A stretch of DNA of 64,000 nt from Camelus dromedarius. Taxonomy: Eukaryota. Of this stretch, positions 37,499-49,800 are shown piece after piece. Below the pieces are notes generated by a model. That model saw only the letters and a list, made by a program, of their open reading frames with translations, had not been told where the DNA came from and did not search any database. Position 1 is the first letter of the stretch. Each line of letters opens with the position of its first letter. The position numbers were made by a program, and so were the translations under genes. The stretch is from the NCBI RefSeq assembly GCF_036321535.1, contig NC_087437.1, forward strand, positions 27,902,001-27,966,000, in the 5' to 3' direction.

Positions 37499-39589
37499 AG
37501 ATTTTTTGTCTTTATCTTTGATTTTCAGCAGTTATAACTATGATGTGCCAATGTGTGGTTTCCTTTGTATTTACACTATTTTCAGTTCACTGAGCTGTTT
37601 GAATTGTGGGCTCATGTTTTTCATCAATTTTAGAAATTTCTCATCAAATGTCTCTTCCAATACACTTCTTCCCCATTTTTTCTTTCCTGTCCTTTTGGGA
37701 ATGTTATCAAACATACATTAGACCATTTGATATTGTACACATGCATAATTTCTATTGGTATATCTTCAAGTTCATGTCTTCTAAGTCCACTCAATGAATC
37801 CTTAATTTCTGACATTATATCTTTTAATAGTAGAAGGACAGTTTATATTCTTAGAATTTACTTTTCTATGATGAATTCAACATTTTTATACATTTCCCCA
37901 TCTTTTCTAATTTCTTTAACATATTCAAAATAGTTATTTGAACATCTTTTTACTGTTGTTGTTAATTCCAATATCTGAGTTATCTATGTATGGGTATGCT
38001 TTATTGCATTGTGTTTGTGTATGTATATGTATACTAGACATCATGGTTAGAAGCATCTTTGAAACTGAAGTAATTTTTATTTTTTACAAGGAAAGGAAAC
38101 ACCCTTACCTATATTTTGTAGCAAGTGTGAGGACTGATTATTTCAAACCAATTAGGGATTGATCTGAGTTGTGGCTATGTAGCATTATTAATTAGTTTTA
38201 ATTCACATCTGATTTCTACAATTTTGAGATTAAGCTCTGTCCTATGTGCTTGGCAGACAATTCCCTCCAGCAGAAATTTGGTATATAAGCACTGGAAATA
38301 TTGGGAAAGATTTGTCTGCTTTCAACCTGGTTACCAGCCTCCCTCACCAGCACACCCATTAGGAGAAAAATAATCAACCAAGGAAAAATATTTCTGCATT
38401 TGAAGCTCTTCCAGATCTCAATCAAGTGTATAAACTCATGTCTTCATCAAGAGTCCTTTTGTTAACATAAGAACTTAGATTTCAAAATGCAGAAGGTAGG
38501 AAGAATTTGTCATTTTTTCTATTTTCTGACAGTATATTCCCTCCTTGAGAAATTAAGAGAAAAAGAGCTAGCCATCTAGATGGGGAGAAGGGCAGGGCCG
38601 GTGAGATTCCACGTAAGGCAGACAAGATGGGGAAGAAAGAACATGCAAAACTAGACTGATATTTCAAAAATGTTGATTTTCCCATTATGCTTTTCCATTT
38701 GTTGGACTGTTCATATTTAGCTTATTTTCAACCTTCTTATCCTCTCACCCACATAGTTCTTATTCATGTCCTTGATTCCTGTCAGTCTGGCGCTTACATA
38801 ATAAAACAAGGTTGTAGTAAGAAATTATGGCATAGGGATAATATATCAATTACAGTAATGGTAATAACTTCTGTTGCAAAATGAATAGAGAAACAGGAGA
38901 GGCCCCAAATAAACTATTCTATGACAAAATTTCCAAAAATGGTCTTAAGGAAAATGGAAATTAGAAAGATAGCTAGAAAAAGCTCCATGAAGGAAAGAAC
39001 AAATGCCAGGTTTTGCTCAATTTTGTTACTATCTTGCCCAAAACTGAGTTCAGCATATGTAAGGCATGCAATAAATATTTGCTTAATGAATACATAGTTT
39101 TTGCACTACTCAACTATATAGATTGAATATTTGCACATTTAACATAAGTAAACACTTTATAAATATTTCTGGGCTGGATGAATTAACTCTGGAAAACTTG
39201 GACAAGAATACCAGGTTCCTTTCTCCTTATCTGAAGTTCAGATGATGACAGTGGATTTTAATTTTGTTAATAATCTATGCTAAAGGCATTAGGCTTGAGG
39301 CTGATTAACTATTACCTGACAGGGTTTTGTTTTTTTTTTTTTTTTAGCCTCTTCACACTAATATTTGCAAAATACTGATGTGAGAAACAGACTCCATGGT
39401 TTGTCTCGTGCTCTGCTTAGACTCCTAATAAAATTTATTGTGCTGAGATAATGACAAGTGTCACAGGGTGAAAGAACTTCTACCAGCATTTTAAATCATC
39501 TGCTATTCTGTCAGCATATCTGATGAGATATATGCTGAATTGTATTTCAGATAGAGTGTGTAGTTGTTGAACTAGTTGCTACAGTCACT

Positions 39590-39734
39590 GTTAATCTTGG
39601 AACTGAAAGGTCAGTATTGCTAAAATGGCCCTATTATTTGAGTTTGTCATCTACCTTTGTCCTACTACTTAGCATTTCAATATATATTGGGTGCCATTAA
39701 ATCATCACTATACAGAGGTTGTAAAAAGAATATC
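39590..39734 (+). promoter_or_regulatory. Putative proximal promoter / 5' UTR of the AADACL2-like gene
   Basis: TATATAT at 39681..39687, about 50 nt upstream of the ATG; AAGGTCA nuclear-receptor half-site near 39607; GTTAAT half-site near 39590. Positional inference only. Confidence 0.35.
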
Positions 39735-39872
39735 ATGGGGTACAAAACTCTGTGCTTTGGACTGACTTGTATTCTCTTTGCTTATTTTATTTATGTACCA
39801 ATACCAGAAAATGTTGATGAACCGTGGAAAGTAAGGATCGTGGATGCTGTTGTAAAAACAACTTCACTTACG
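39735..39872 (+). CDS. AADACL2: AADACL2-like exon 1 ([46 protein letters not shown])
   Basis: ATG in ATCATGG context at 39735; donor CG|GTAATT at 39873; 46 codons; signal-anchor followed by the family P.P.N..E.WK motif. Confidence 0.92.
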
Positions 39873-40840
39873 GTAATTTTTTTTTCCAGGGAATTGGGAT
39901 GCCTTGTTACAAGTACATGTAAACTTTCTTTCAATTAGCATTTTGAAAGATTTTTTTATTTTCTTTTAGGGTAAATCAGACAAATATTTTTAACTGTTTA
40001 AATTAATAAATCATCATGAAACCTATTTGAATCTGCATAAAGTAGGGGGAAATAAAATTTTTGCTGATAAGATAAATACAAATTATGTTGTGACAAGAAT
40101 AAAAGGAATGGTATTGTTTAAGTGGAAAATTTGGAGGATTTTTAAATAACTTATATTTGACATTCTGAGAAAACCTAGTCTCATACATTCTCTTAAAACT
40201 TACAAATGTATATTGATTATATTTTTATATTTTGATGTATATTTAGCACCTATATTTTAAAAATAGTAAACTATTTTTATTGTATTGTTATTACAGTTAA
40301 AATTAAGTAGATGCTTGTTTGTGCCACTACAGCAAGCACTTTTGATGTTCATGTTCTCATTTAACCTTTTTTTCATTCTTATATTTTATTGAAGAGTAGT
40401 CGATTTACAGTGTTAGTTTCAGGTGTACAGCAAAGGGATTCTGTTATACATATACATATGTATTTTTTCTTTTCAGATTCTTTTCCAATATATGTTATTA
40501 TAAGAAATTGAATATTGTTCCCTCTGCTATACAGTAAATCCTTTTTGTTTATCTAGTTTATATATAGTAACATATATCTGTTAATCCCAAACTCCTAATC
40601 TATCTCTCCCCTGCCCCACTTTCCCCTCTGGTAACCAGTTTGTTTTCTGTATCTGAGAGACTATTTCAGGTTTGTAAATAAAATTTGTATTTTTTTCTAG
40701 ATTCCACATATAATTGAGATCATATATATATATCTTTCTCTGTCTGACTCATTTCGCTTAATGTGATAATCTCTAGGTCTATCCATATTGCTGCAAATGG
40801 CATTATTTCATTCTTTTTTTGGCTGAGTAATATTCCATTT

Positions 40841-40881
<41 letters not shown>

Positions 40882-43800
40882 ACACATACACACATCTTCT
40901 TTATCCAGTCATTTGTGAATGGACATTTAGGTTGCTTCCATGTTTTGGCTATTGTAAATAGTGCTGCTATGAACATTGGGGTGCATGTGTCTTTTTGAAT
41001 TACAGTTTTCTCTGGGTGTATACCCAGGAGTAAGATTGCTGGATCATATGATAAGTCTATTTTTAGTTTTTTAAGGAACCTCCATAGTGTTCTCCATAGT
41101 GGCTGCCCCAATTTACATTCCTATCAACAGTGTAGTAGGGTTTCTTTTTCTCCACACTCTCTCCAGCATTTATTATTTATAGACTTTTTAATGATGGTCA
41201 TCCTGGCTGGTAAGAGGTGATAACCTCATTGTAGTTTATTTGCATTGCTCTAATAATTAGCAAAATCGAGCATCTTTTTAATGTGCCTGTTGGCCATCTG
41301 GATGTCTTTTTTGAAGAAATGTCTATTTAGGTCTTCTGCTCACTTTTTGGTTGCTTGCTTGCTTGTTTGTTTGTTTGTTTGTTTGTTTGTTTGTTTGATA
41401 TTAAGCTGTATAAGCTGTTTGTATACTTTGGAAATTAGTCCCTTGTCAGTCACATCATTCACAAATATTTTGTCACGTTCTGTCTTTTTGTTTTGTTGAT
41501 GGTATTCTTAGCTGTGCAAACTCTTTTAAGATTAATTAGGTCCTATTTGTTTATTTTTGCTTTAGTTTCTATTACTTGAGGAGTTGGTTCAAAAAAAATA
41601 TTGCTGCAATTTATGTCAAAGTGTGTTCTGCCTATGTTTTCCTCTAGGAGTTTTATAGTATCCAGCCTTACATTTAGGTTGTCCTTTTTGTTGGCATGTA
41701 GTTGTTCATAGTAGCCTCTTATGATCCCTTGTATTTCTGTGGTGTCAATTGTAACTTCTCCTTTTTCACTTCTGATTTTATTAATTTGGGCCCTCTCCCT
41801 TTTTTCTTGATGAGTCTGGCTAAAGGTTTATCAACTTTGTTTATTTTTTCAAAGAACCAGCTTTTAGTTTCATTGATCTTTTTAAAATTATTTTTTAGTC
41901 TCTATTTCATTTATTTTTGCCCTAATCTGATTTCTTCTACGAACTTTGAGTTTTGTTTGTTCTTTCTCTAATTGCTTTAGTATAGGGTTAGGGTGCTTGT
42001 TCGAGATTGTTTCCTGAGGTAAGCTTGTATTGTTGTAAACTTCCCTGTTAGAGCTGCTTTTGCAGTGTCCCAGAGGTTTTGGATCATTGTGTTTTCTTTT
42101 TCATTTATCTCTAAGTATTTTTTGGTTTCCTTTTTGATTTCTTTGGTGATCCATTGATTGTTTAGTGGCACATTGTTTAGCCTCTACATGTTTGTGGTTT
42201 TTGCAGTTTTTTCTTGTAGTTGATTTCTAATCTCATAACATTGTGGTCAGAAAAGACACTTGATATGATTTCAATTTTCTTAAATTTACTGAGACTTGCT
42301 TTGTGGGCCAGCATGTGGTCTATCCAGGAGAATGTTCCATGTGCCTTTGAGAAGAGTATGTATTCTGCTGCTTTTTGATAGAATGTTCTATAAATATCAA
42401 TTAAAACCATCTGTTCCAATGGCTCATTTAAGGCCTTTATTGCCTTACTGATTTTCTCTGTGGATGATCTGTCCATTGATGTAAGCGAAGTGTTAAGATC
42501 CCCCACTATTATTGTGTTATTGTCAATTTCTCCTTTTATGTCTGTTAATAGTTGCCTTATACATTGAGCTGCTGCTATACTGGGTGCATATATATTTACA
42601 GTTGTTACATCTTCTTGGATTGATCCCTTGAGCATCATGTAATGTCCTTCTTTGTCTCTTCATCCCCTCACTTTCAGTCTATATGTGTCCCTAGCTCTGA
42701 AGTGGGTCCCATGGAGACAGCAAATATATGGGTCTTGTTTTTGTATCACCAGTTTATGTCTTTTGGTTGGAGCATTTAATTCATTTACATTTAAGGTAAT
42801 TATCAATACATTTAGCAGTCACCTGTAGTTTTGTTGTGATTATGAGAGGAGAAGAGTTTGTGGTCCTACTACTAAACCATCTTGACTGGAAATTCCTCAG
42901 TACCTACACAGTTTTAATGCCTTTCTCTTTCTTGATGATTTTCAAACTTTTGGGTCTCAGGAACTCTTTATACTCTTTAAATTATTGAGACCTCAAAGAG
43001 CTTTTCTATGTGGACTATATTTATTAATATTTACTGCATTAGATACTGACCTCATTAGAAAATAATTCACTTAATGATGATGATAAACCTATTAAAAGTT
43101 AACATAAATAAGATCGTGGCAGTTTTCCATTTTTGCAAATCTCTTTTATGTCTCACTTTATGAAAGATAGCTGGATTCTCTTATCTGCTTTTGCATTTAA
43201 TCTGTTGCAATATCATTTGTCCTGTAGCCTCTGGAAAACTCCAGTGCATACTCATGAGGGAATTAGAGTGAAAAAAGGAGGCAGGAAGTGTCACAGTATT
43301 ATGCATACTCCCTGACTATGTCTCAGAGACTCACAAGAATTCCAAGATCATACTTAGAAAACCACTGCTTCTGTCTTCAATCCTAAATCACTGAATTTTA
43401 GAATTTTTTTCTGTGACAATGCCAGAATTTGAACAAAGATCTACCTCACTGAAAATATCATGCTCTCCTGTCAGAACCTGCTGCTATCTGGAGGCCTTAT
43501 GGATGATATGGACAGTAGAAAGTTTTAGGGAGAATACATCAACAGGCAATAAATGATCAGAGAATAGAGGGCAATGCACAGTGTATGGTAAGTGGCTGCC
43601 TAGTGTGCTACCCAGAAGAGATGACAGATCTGTCAAACTAGACATCCAGGTTATCTCCTGCCCAAAGTCCAATGTTTGCCAAATCACTGCTTGCCCCTAG
43701 TTTTTCCTTTTATTGTCAGTGCTTTACATTTTCATTCACTGGACTGTAGATGAGCAAAAAAAAAGCAAGTGCAGCCCTACAGAGGAACTGCTGTGTTATT

Positions 43801-46800
43801 TCATTCTTCTGAAGGTAATTATCCAGTTTTCCCAGCACCATTTGTTTATTTATTTGTTTGTTTATTTGTTTATAGTATATACCTAGGATAAACTCTTCCA
43901 CAGGTGCACAAGGAACCACATATTGGCATGTTCATTGTGGCTTCTTTTTTAATTATTATTGTATAATTTAATTATTTAATTTTGTTTTATTTGGGGGGGT
44001 AATTAGGTTTATTTATTTTTAGAGGACATACTGGGGATTGAACCTAGGACTTCATGCATGCTAAACATGCACTCTACCATTTGAGCTATACCCTCTCCTA
44101 CTCCAGCACAATTTATTGAAGGGACTATTCTTTCCCATTGCATCTCTTGGCTCGCTTATCAAATGCATGTTGAACATTTATGAGTGGGATTATTTCTGAG
44201 CCCTTGGTTTGGTTCCATTGGTCTATGCCTCTATATTTTGCCGGTATCATACTGATTTGTTACTATATCTTTGTAATAAAGTTTGAACCTGGGAATTGTG
44301 ATGCCTACAGATTTTTTTCTTTGTTCTTTAGATTGATTTGGCTATTAGGGGTGTTTGTGGTTTCACACAAATTTTAGGATGTTTCTTCTCCTTTTCTGTG
44401 CAAAAACCACTGGACTTTTGATAGGGGTTGCACTGAATCTATAGATGATTTGGATAGGATGGCATTTTAACAACATTAATTCTTCTAATCCATGACCGTG
44501 AGAACTCTTTCCATTTATTTGTATCTTCTTCAGTTTCTTTCATGAATGGCTTGTAGTTTTATAGATCTTTCACCTACTTGGTTTTATTTATTCCTAAGCA
44601 TTTAATTCATTTTGATGCCATAGTAAATATCCTTGAAATTCAGAGTAACAAATGCTTATTTTTCACTCTGCTTCATCAATGTTAGTACATTCTGAAAAAA
44701 TGCAACTGTAGAACTCAACTTCTACTTTATCAAATGCAAAATAGAATTAAAATGCTGCACTTTACCTATTTGCTTATATATGGATTATATATATGCAAAT
44801 TATGCTAATAATCGATCAGTTTCTACGTGTTCAAGTGATAATCATTTTGTTACTGTCATGAGGGATTTTTTTAAACTTTTTTTTTACTGAGTTACAGTCA
44901 TTTTACAATGAGTGACTTTTTAAATGTATGTCATGAAAGTAAACACAGTTTTTGATAAAATGGTGTGGAGAAATTCATGTTACTGACAGCATAAACTAGA
45001 AGAAATAGCATGCACTTTAAAAGCCAGTCAGATCTTACAGAAACTACTTAACCCTTCTGTGGCTCAGTTTCTTCAACTGAAAAGTGAGAAGTCTATAAAC
45101 ACATTGCAGCATTACTATGAGAATAGGAGGGCAAGTGTTCCAGAGTGGCACATAGTCTAAGACAGCAGCTGGTTTTCATTCAATAGAGTGTTAGTCAGCA
45201 ACTACTCCGTGATAGGAGCTATGAGAGATGAGGGGCTAAAATTCTACAAAAGTTAATTTTAAAATGATTTATTTACTAAATTGAAATGATCTTCACTATG
45301 ATTATCTTCAACCAGCAAAGAAAATATTGAAGAACATTTTCTATATATACTAATAATGAAAAAAGGTAAAGCTTATTGAACACTTATAATGCACCCTGCC
45401 TACTTTAATTTCCTTTAAAGTATTTTTTAACATTTACAACTGCACTTTGAAGACATCACTATTATTACCCTCATTTTATAGATGAGAAAAATGAGGCACA
45501 GGGAATAAGTAAACCAAAGACACACAGTTAATAATTTGTAGAATTGGGAATCAAACCTAGATAGTCTAGATTCAGACTTCAATGTTTTTATCATTGTACC
45601 AAATTTTAAATTTAACTTTAACTTTGCATACAGTAAACTTCATTCTTATGGTTATACAGTTCTATGAAGTTTAACATAGGTATAGATTCACGTAACCATC
45701 ACTATAATCAAGATACGGAAACATAACCCCTCAAAATCACCTTTTGCCACACTTTTTGGTAGACACTTCCCCATCCTAAACTCCTGATAACCATAATAAA
45801 TCTGCTAACTAATTCATTTATAGGCTTTGTGTAAATAAAAATTCAATTTCTTTTGGATAAATACCTAGAACTAGATGTGTTGGGTCATATTATAAGCATA
45901 TATTTAACTTTCTAGAAAACTGCCGAATTGTTTTCCAAAGAAGCTATATCATTTTGCATCATACCAGCAATATATGAAAGTTTTAGTTGTTCTGTGTCCT
46001 TACCAACACAGTATTTTCAGTTTTTCTTTAAAAAACATTCTAATAAGTGTGTAGAACTATCTCATTGTGGTATACATTTGCATTTCCTTAATGACTACAA
46101 ATGTTGAGTATCTTTTCACCTACTTACTTGCTCCTCCATGTTTTTTTTTCTGGTGGTAATACGTGTGCTGAGATCTTTTCTCCTTTTGAAAAAATTGGTT
46201 CTTTGTTCCCTGTTTTGCTGTTGTTGACTATTCAGAGTTCTTCCTATTCAGAATACAAGTCATTTAGCAGATACTTGATTTGCAAATATAGTGTGTGGCT
46301 TCTCTTTTCCTTGTCTTAAGTTACACAGCAAAAACTTTTACATTTAGCTGAAATCCAATTTATCTTTTTTTTTAAATAAAACTTTTAGATTATGTTTTGA
46401 TACTGTATCTAAGAACTTTTAACCTAACCTAAGATCACAAAGATTTTCTCCTATGTTGTCTTCTGGAAAGTTTTACATTTTACATTTTACATTTAGACAT
46501 TGGATCCATTTAAATTAATTTCTGTATAAGGTGTGAGGAACTGGTCAAAGTACATTTTCTTCCACAAGTATGTCCAACTGTTCCCTCACCATTTATTGAA
46601 ACACTTACTTTTCTTCATTGAATTGCTTTATATATATGTCAAAAATAAATTGGTCATGTTTTTATTGGTTTATTTCTGAACTGACTCTGTTCTCTACCCT
46701 TGATCTGTGAGTCCAGCATTTCACCAATACTACACTGTATTGACTACTATAGCTTCTTAGTAAGTCTTGAAACCAGACTTGTATGCGTCTTCCAATCTTG

Positions 46801-49800
46801 TTCTTCATGATCAGAATTGCTTTGGCTATTATAAGTAATCTACCATTCCATATAAAAGTTTAAATGCTGTGACTATAATAAGACTTAGCAGTGACTAAAA
46901 ATTATGATGAGATTTTTGCCTGATATTAGATTGACTATAAACCAATTTCAAAAGAAATGACATTTTAACAAAATTAAGTCTTCTGATCAGTTTACATATA
47001 TTTCTCAATTTAATTAAGTCTTTGATTTCTTCCATCAGTGTTTTATAGTATTCAGCACACAAATACTGAATATATTTTGTTATATTTATAACTAAGTATT
47101 TCAATTTTTGGTGCTGTTTTAATTGGTACTCTTAAAATTTTGGTTTCATTTGTTCATTGCTATACTTGAAATAATTTTTTAAAAAATATATTGACTCTAT
47201 ATCCTTTATTCTGGGGCAGAGCTTACTTATTTGTTTCATGAGGGTTTTTCTGTAAATGCCATAACGTTTTCTACTTAGATAATCATGTTGGAAACAAAGA
47301 CTGTTACTCTTTTCTTTCCAATCTGTGTGACTTTCTCTTCCCCTGATTTATTATATTAACTGGGACTTCCAGAATTATGTTGAATAGAGAGCAGACATTC
47401 ATGCCTTTTCCTGCTTTTAGGAGAAAGCATTCAGTCTTTCACCATTAAAAATGACATTTTAATCTTTTTGTAGCTGCCTTTTATCAGATTAATAAAGTTT
47501 CTTTTTATTCTCAGTTTGCAGATAATTTTTATCATGGAAAAGCATCGAGTTAAGCCAAATTCTTTTTCTGGATCTATTAAGATGAACACATAATTTTTCT
47601 TTCTCAGTATCATGAATTACATTGATTTTCAAATATTTTACTAATCTTGCATCCTGTGGACAACACTCAATTGACAATAATGCATTACCTTTTTGTATCA
47701 TTGAATTTGATTTAGTATTTTGTTAAGGATTTTTGCTTCTATATTGGTCGACAGCTTTCTTTTCTTGTAATATTTTTCCTATTTTGGTAACAGGATAATC
47801 TCAGCACAATAAAATGAATTGTGAAGTATTCTCTTGTGTTTTATTTTCTGGTAACTATTTCATAAAATTGGTATAATTTTTTCTTAATGTTTAGTATAAT
47901 TTGCTAGTGTAACAAATTGGGCTTCAAGTTTTCTTTTTTTTGAAATTTTTCAATTGCAAATTCAATTTTTTAAGTAGATATAGACAATTCATCTATTTTT
48001 GAGTAATTTGTGGAAGATTGTGTCCTTTAAGAAATTTGTAGATTTCATCTAAATGATAGAATTTATGGACATACAATTTTTTTTTAGTATTCCTCTGTTA
48101 TCTTTTTAATGTTTATAGAGTCTACAGTAATATCCCTTCCTTCAATCTTTATATTGGTAATTTGGATCTTCTCTTTTTTCTTGGTCAGTATGTATACTTT
48201 TTGTAAAGAATGGACTTTTGTGTCAATTTTTCCTCTATTTTTATCTTGTTTTAATTTTACTGAGTTCTGATCTGATTATTATTTCTTCTGTTATGCTTTC
48301 TTAGCATTTTCTTTTTTTGCTCTTCTCTTTTAGTTTAAGATGGAAGCTTTAAATATTGATTTGAGACCTTTCTTAATTTCTAATATGATAATTTTATAAA
48401 TTTCCCTCTAAGCAGTTATTTAGGTACATACCACAAATTTGGATATTTGCATTTTTATTTTTATTCAGGTCAAAATATCCTCAAATTTCTCCAGAGAATT
48501 TGTCTGTGACACATCAGTTAGAATTTTTTATACTGAAAACCATAAAACACTGATGAAAGAAATTGAAAGCAAAAATAAATGGAAAGATACCCTGTGTTAA
48601 TGGATTGGAAAAAAACAATATTTTCAAATTGCCCATATTATTTAAAGCAATATATTGACTCGATGCAATCACTATCAAAATTCCAATGAAATTTTTCATG
48701 GAAATAGAACAAACATTTCTAAAATTCATAAGGAACCACAAAAGATCCTGAATAGCCAAAGGAATCTTGAAAAAGAATAGAGCTGCAGGCATCACACACC
48801 CTGGTTTCAAATTATATTACAAAGCTATCAGAAGCAAAACAGTATGGTATTGGCATAAAAACAGACAGATAGACCAATGGAACAAAATAGAAAGCCTAAA
48901 AATAATCCCAAGCATATATGGTATACCAATTTTTACATGAGTGCCAAATACACAGTGGGAAAAGGACAGTCCCTTCAATAAATGGTATTGGGAAAACTGG
49001 ATAGTTGTATATGAAAGAATGAAACTAGACCCCTATATTATACTGTACACAAAAGTCAACTCAAAGTAGATCAGAGATTTATTATATTTATGTAAGACCT
49101 GAAACCAGAAAAACTCCTAGAAGAAAACATAAGGTAAAATTTCCTTGACATTGGCCTTGGTGATGACTTTTTGGAAATGCCACAAAAAGCACAAGCAACA
49201 AAAGCAAAAATAGACAATTGGGACTATATCAAACTAAAAAGCTTTGGCTCAGCAAAAGAAACAAGAAAATAAAAATGAAAAGGCAGTCTACGGGATGGGA
49301 AACAATATTTGCAAACCATTTATCTACTAAGGGGTTAATATCCACAATATATAACGAATTCACACAACTCAGTAGCAAAGAAACAAACAACTCAATTTAA
49401 AAATGGGCAAATGGGCAAGGGGCCTAAATAGATGTTTTTCTGAAGACATATAGATGCCAACAAGTATATGAAAAGATGCTACATTATTTGTAAAATAAGA
49501 CATTTTGAATGACAGTTCTTTTTGATAATGTTTTAACCTATTGGCAGCAATATCCTAGATAAAACATAAGAGCACTTTTCTTTTGAAATGATAATCTTTT
49601 ATTACTCAGTAATGTGCAAAATGGCTCTCCTCTGTCTACAACTGAGCCTCTGTCTAAGTCTCAGTCTTTTCCCAGACCTAACTGTAACATGTGGAGTTGT
49701 TTTTTGCTTTGTTTTGTTTTAGTAGTAGGTAAACAAAAGAAAGGTATGTGACTATGGCTAATTTAAAGAAATGCTAATAATCACTATGATAATAATAATA

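Noticed and set aside
39657..39938. ORF-track boundaries for the AADACL2-like pieces (also 51496..51861 and 58548..59195)
   Set aside because: These use non-ATG starts or run into introns. The real limits are set by the splice sites and the ATG at 39735.
44030..44095. tRNA-Ala-like sequence (also about 50392..50455)
   Set aside because: Mismatched stems, A-rich tails and TSDs mark these as SINE copies, not functional tRNA genes.
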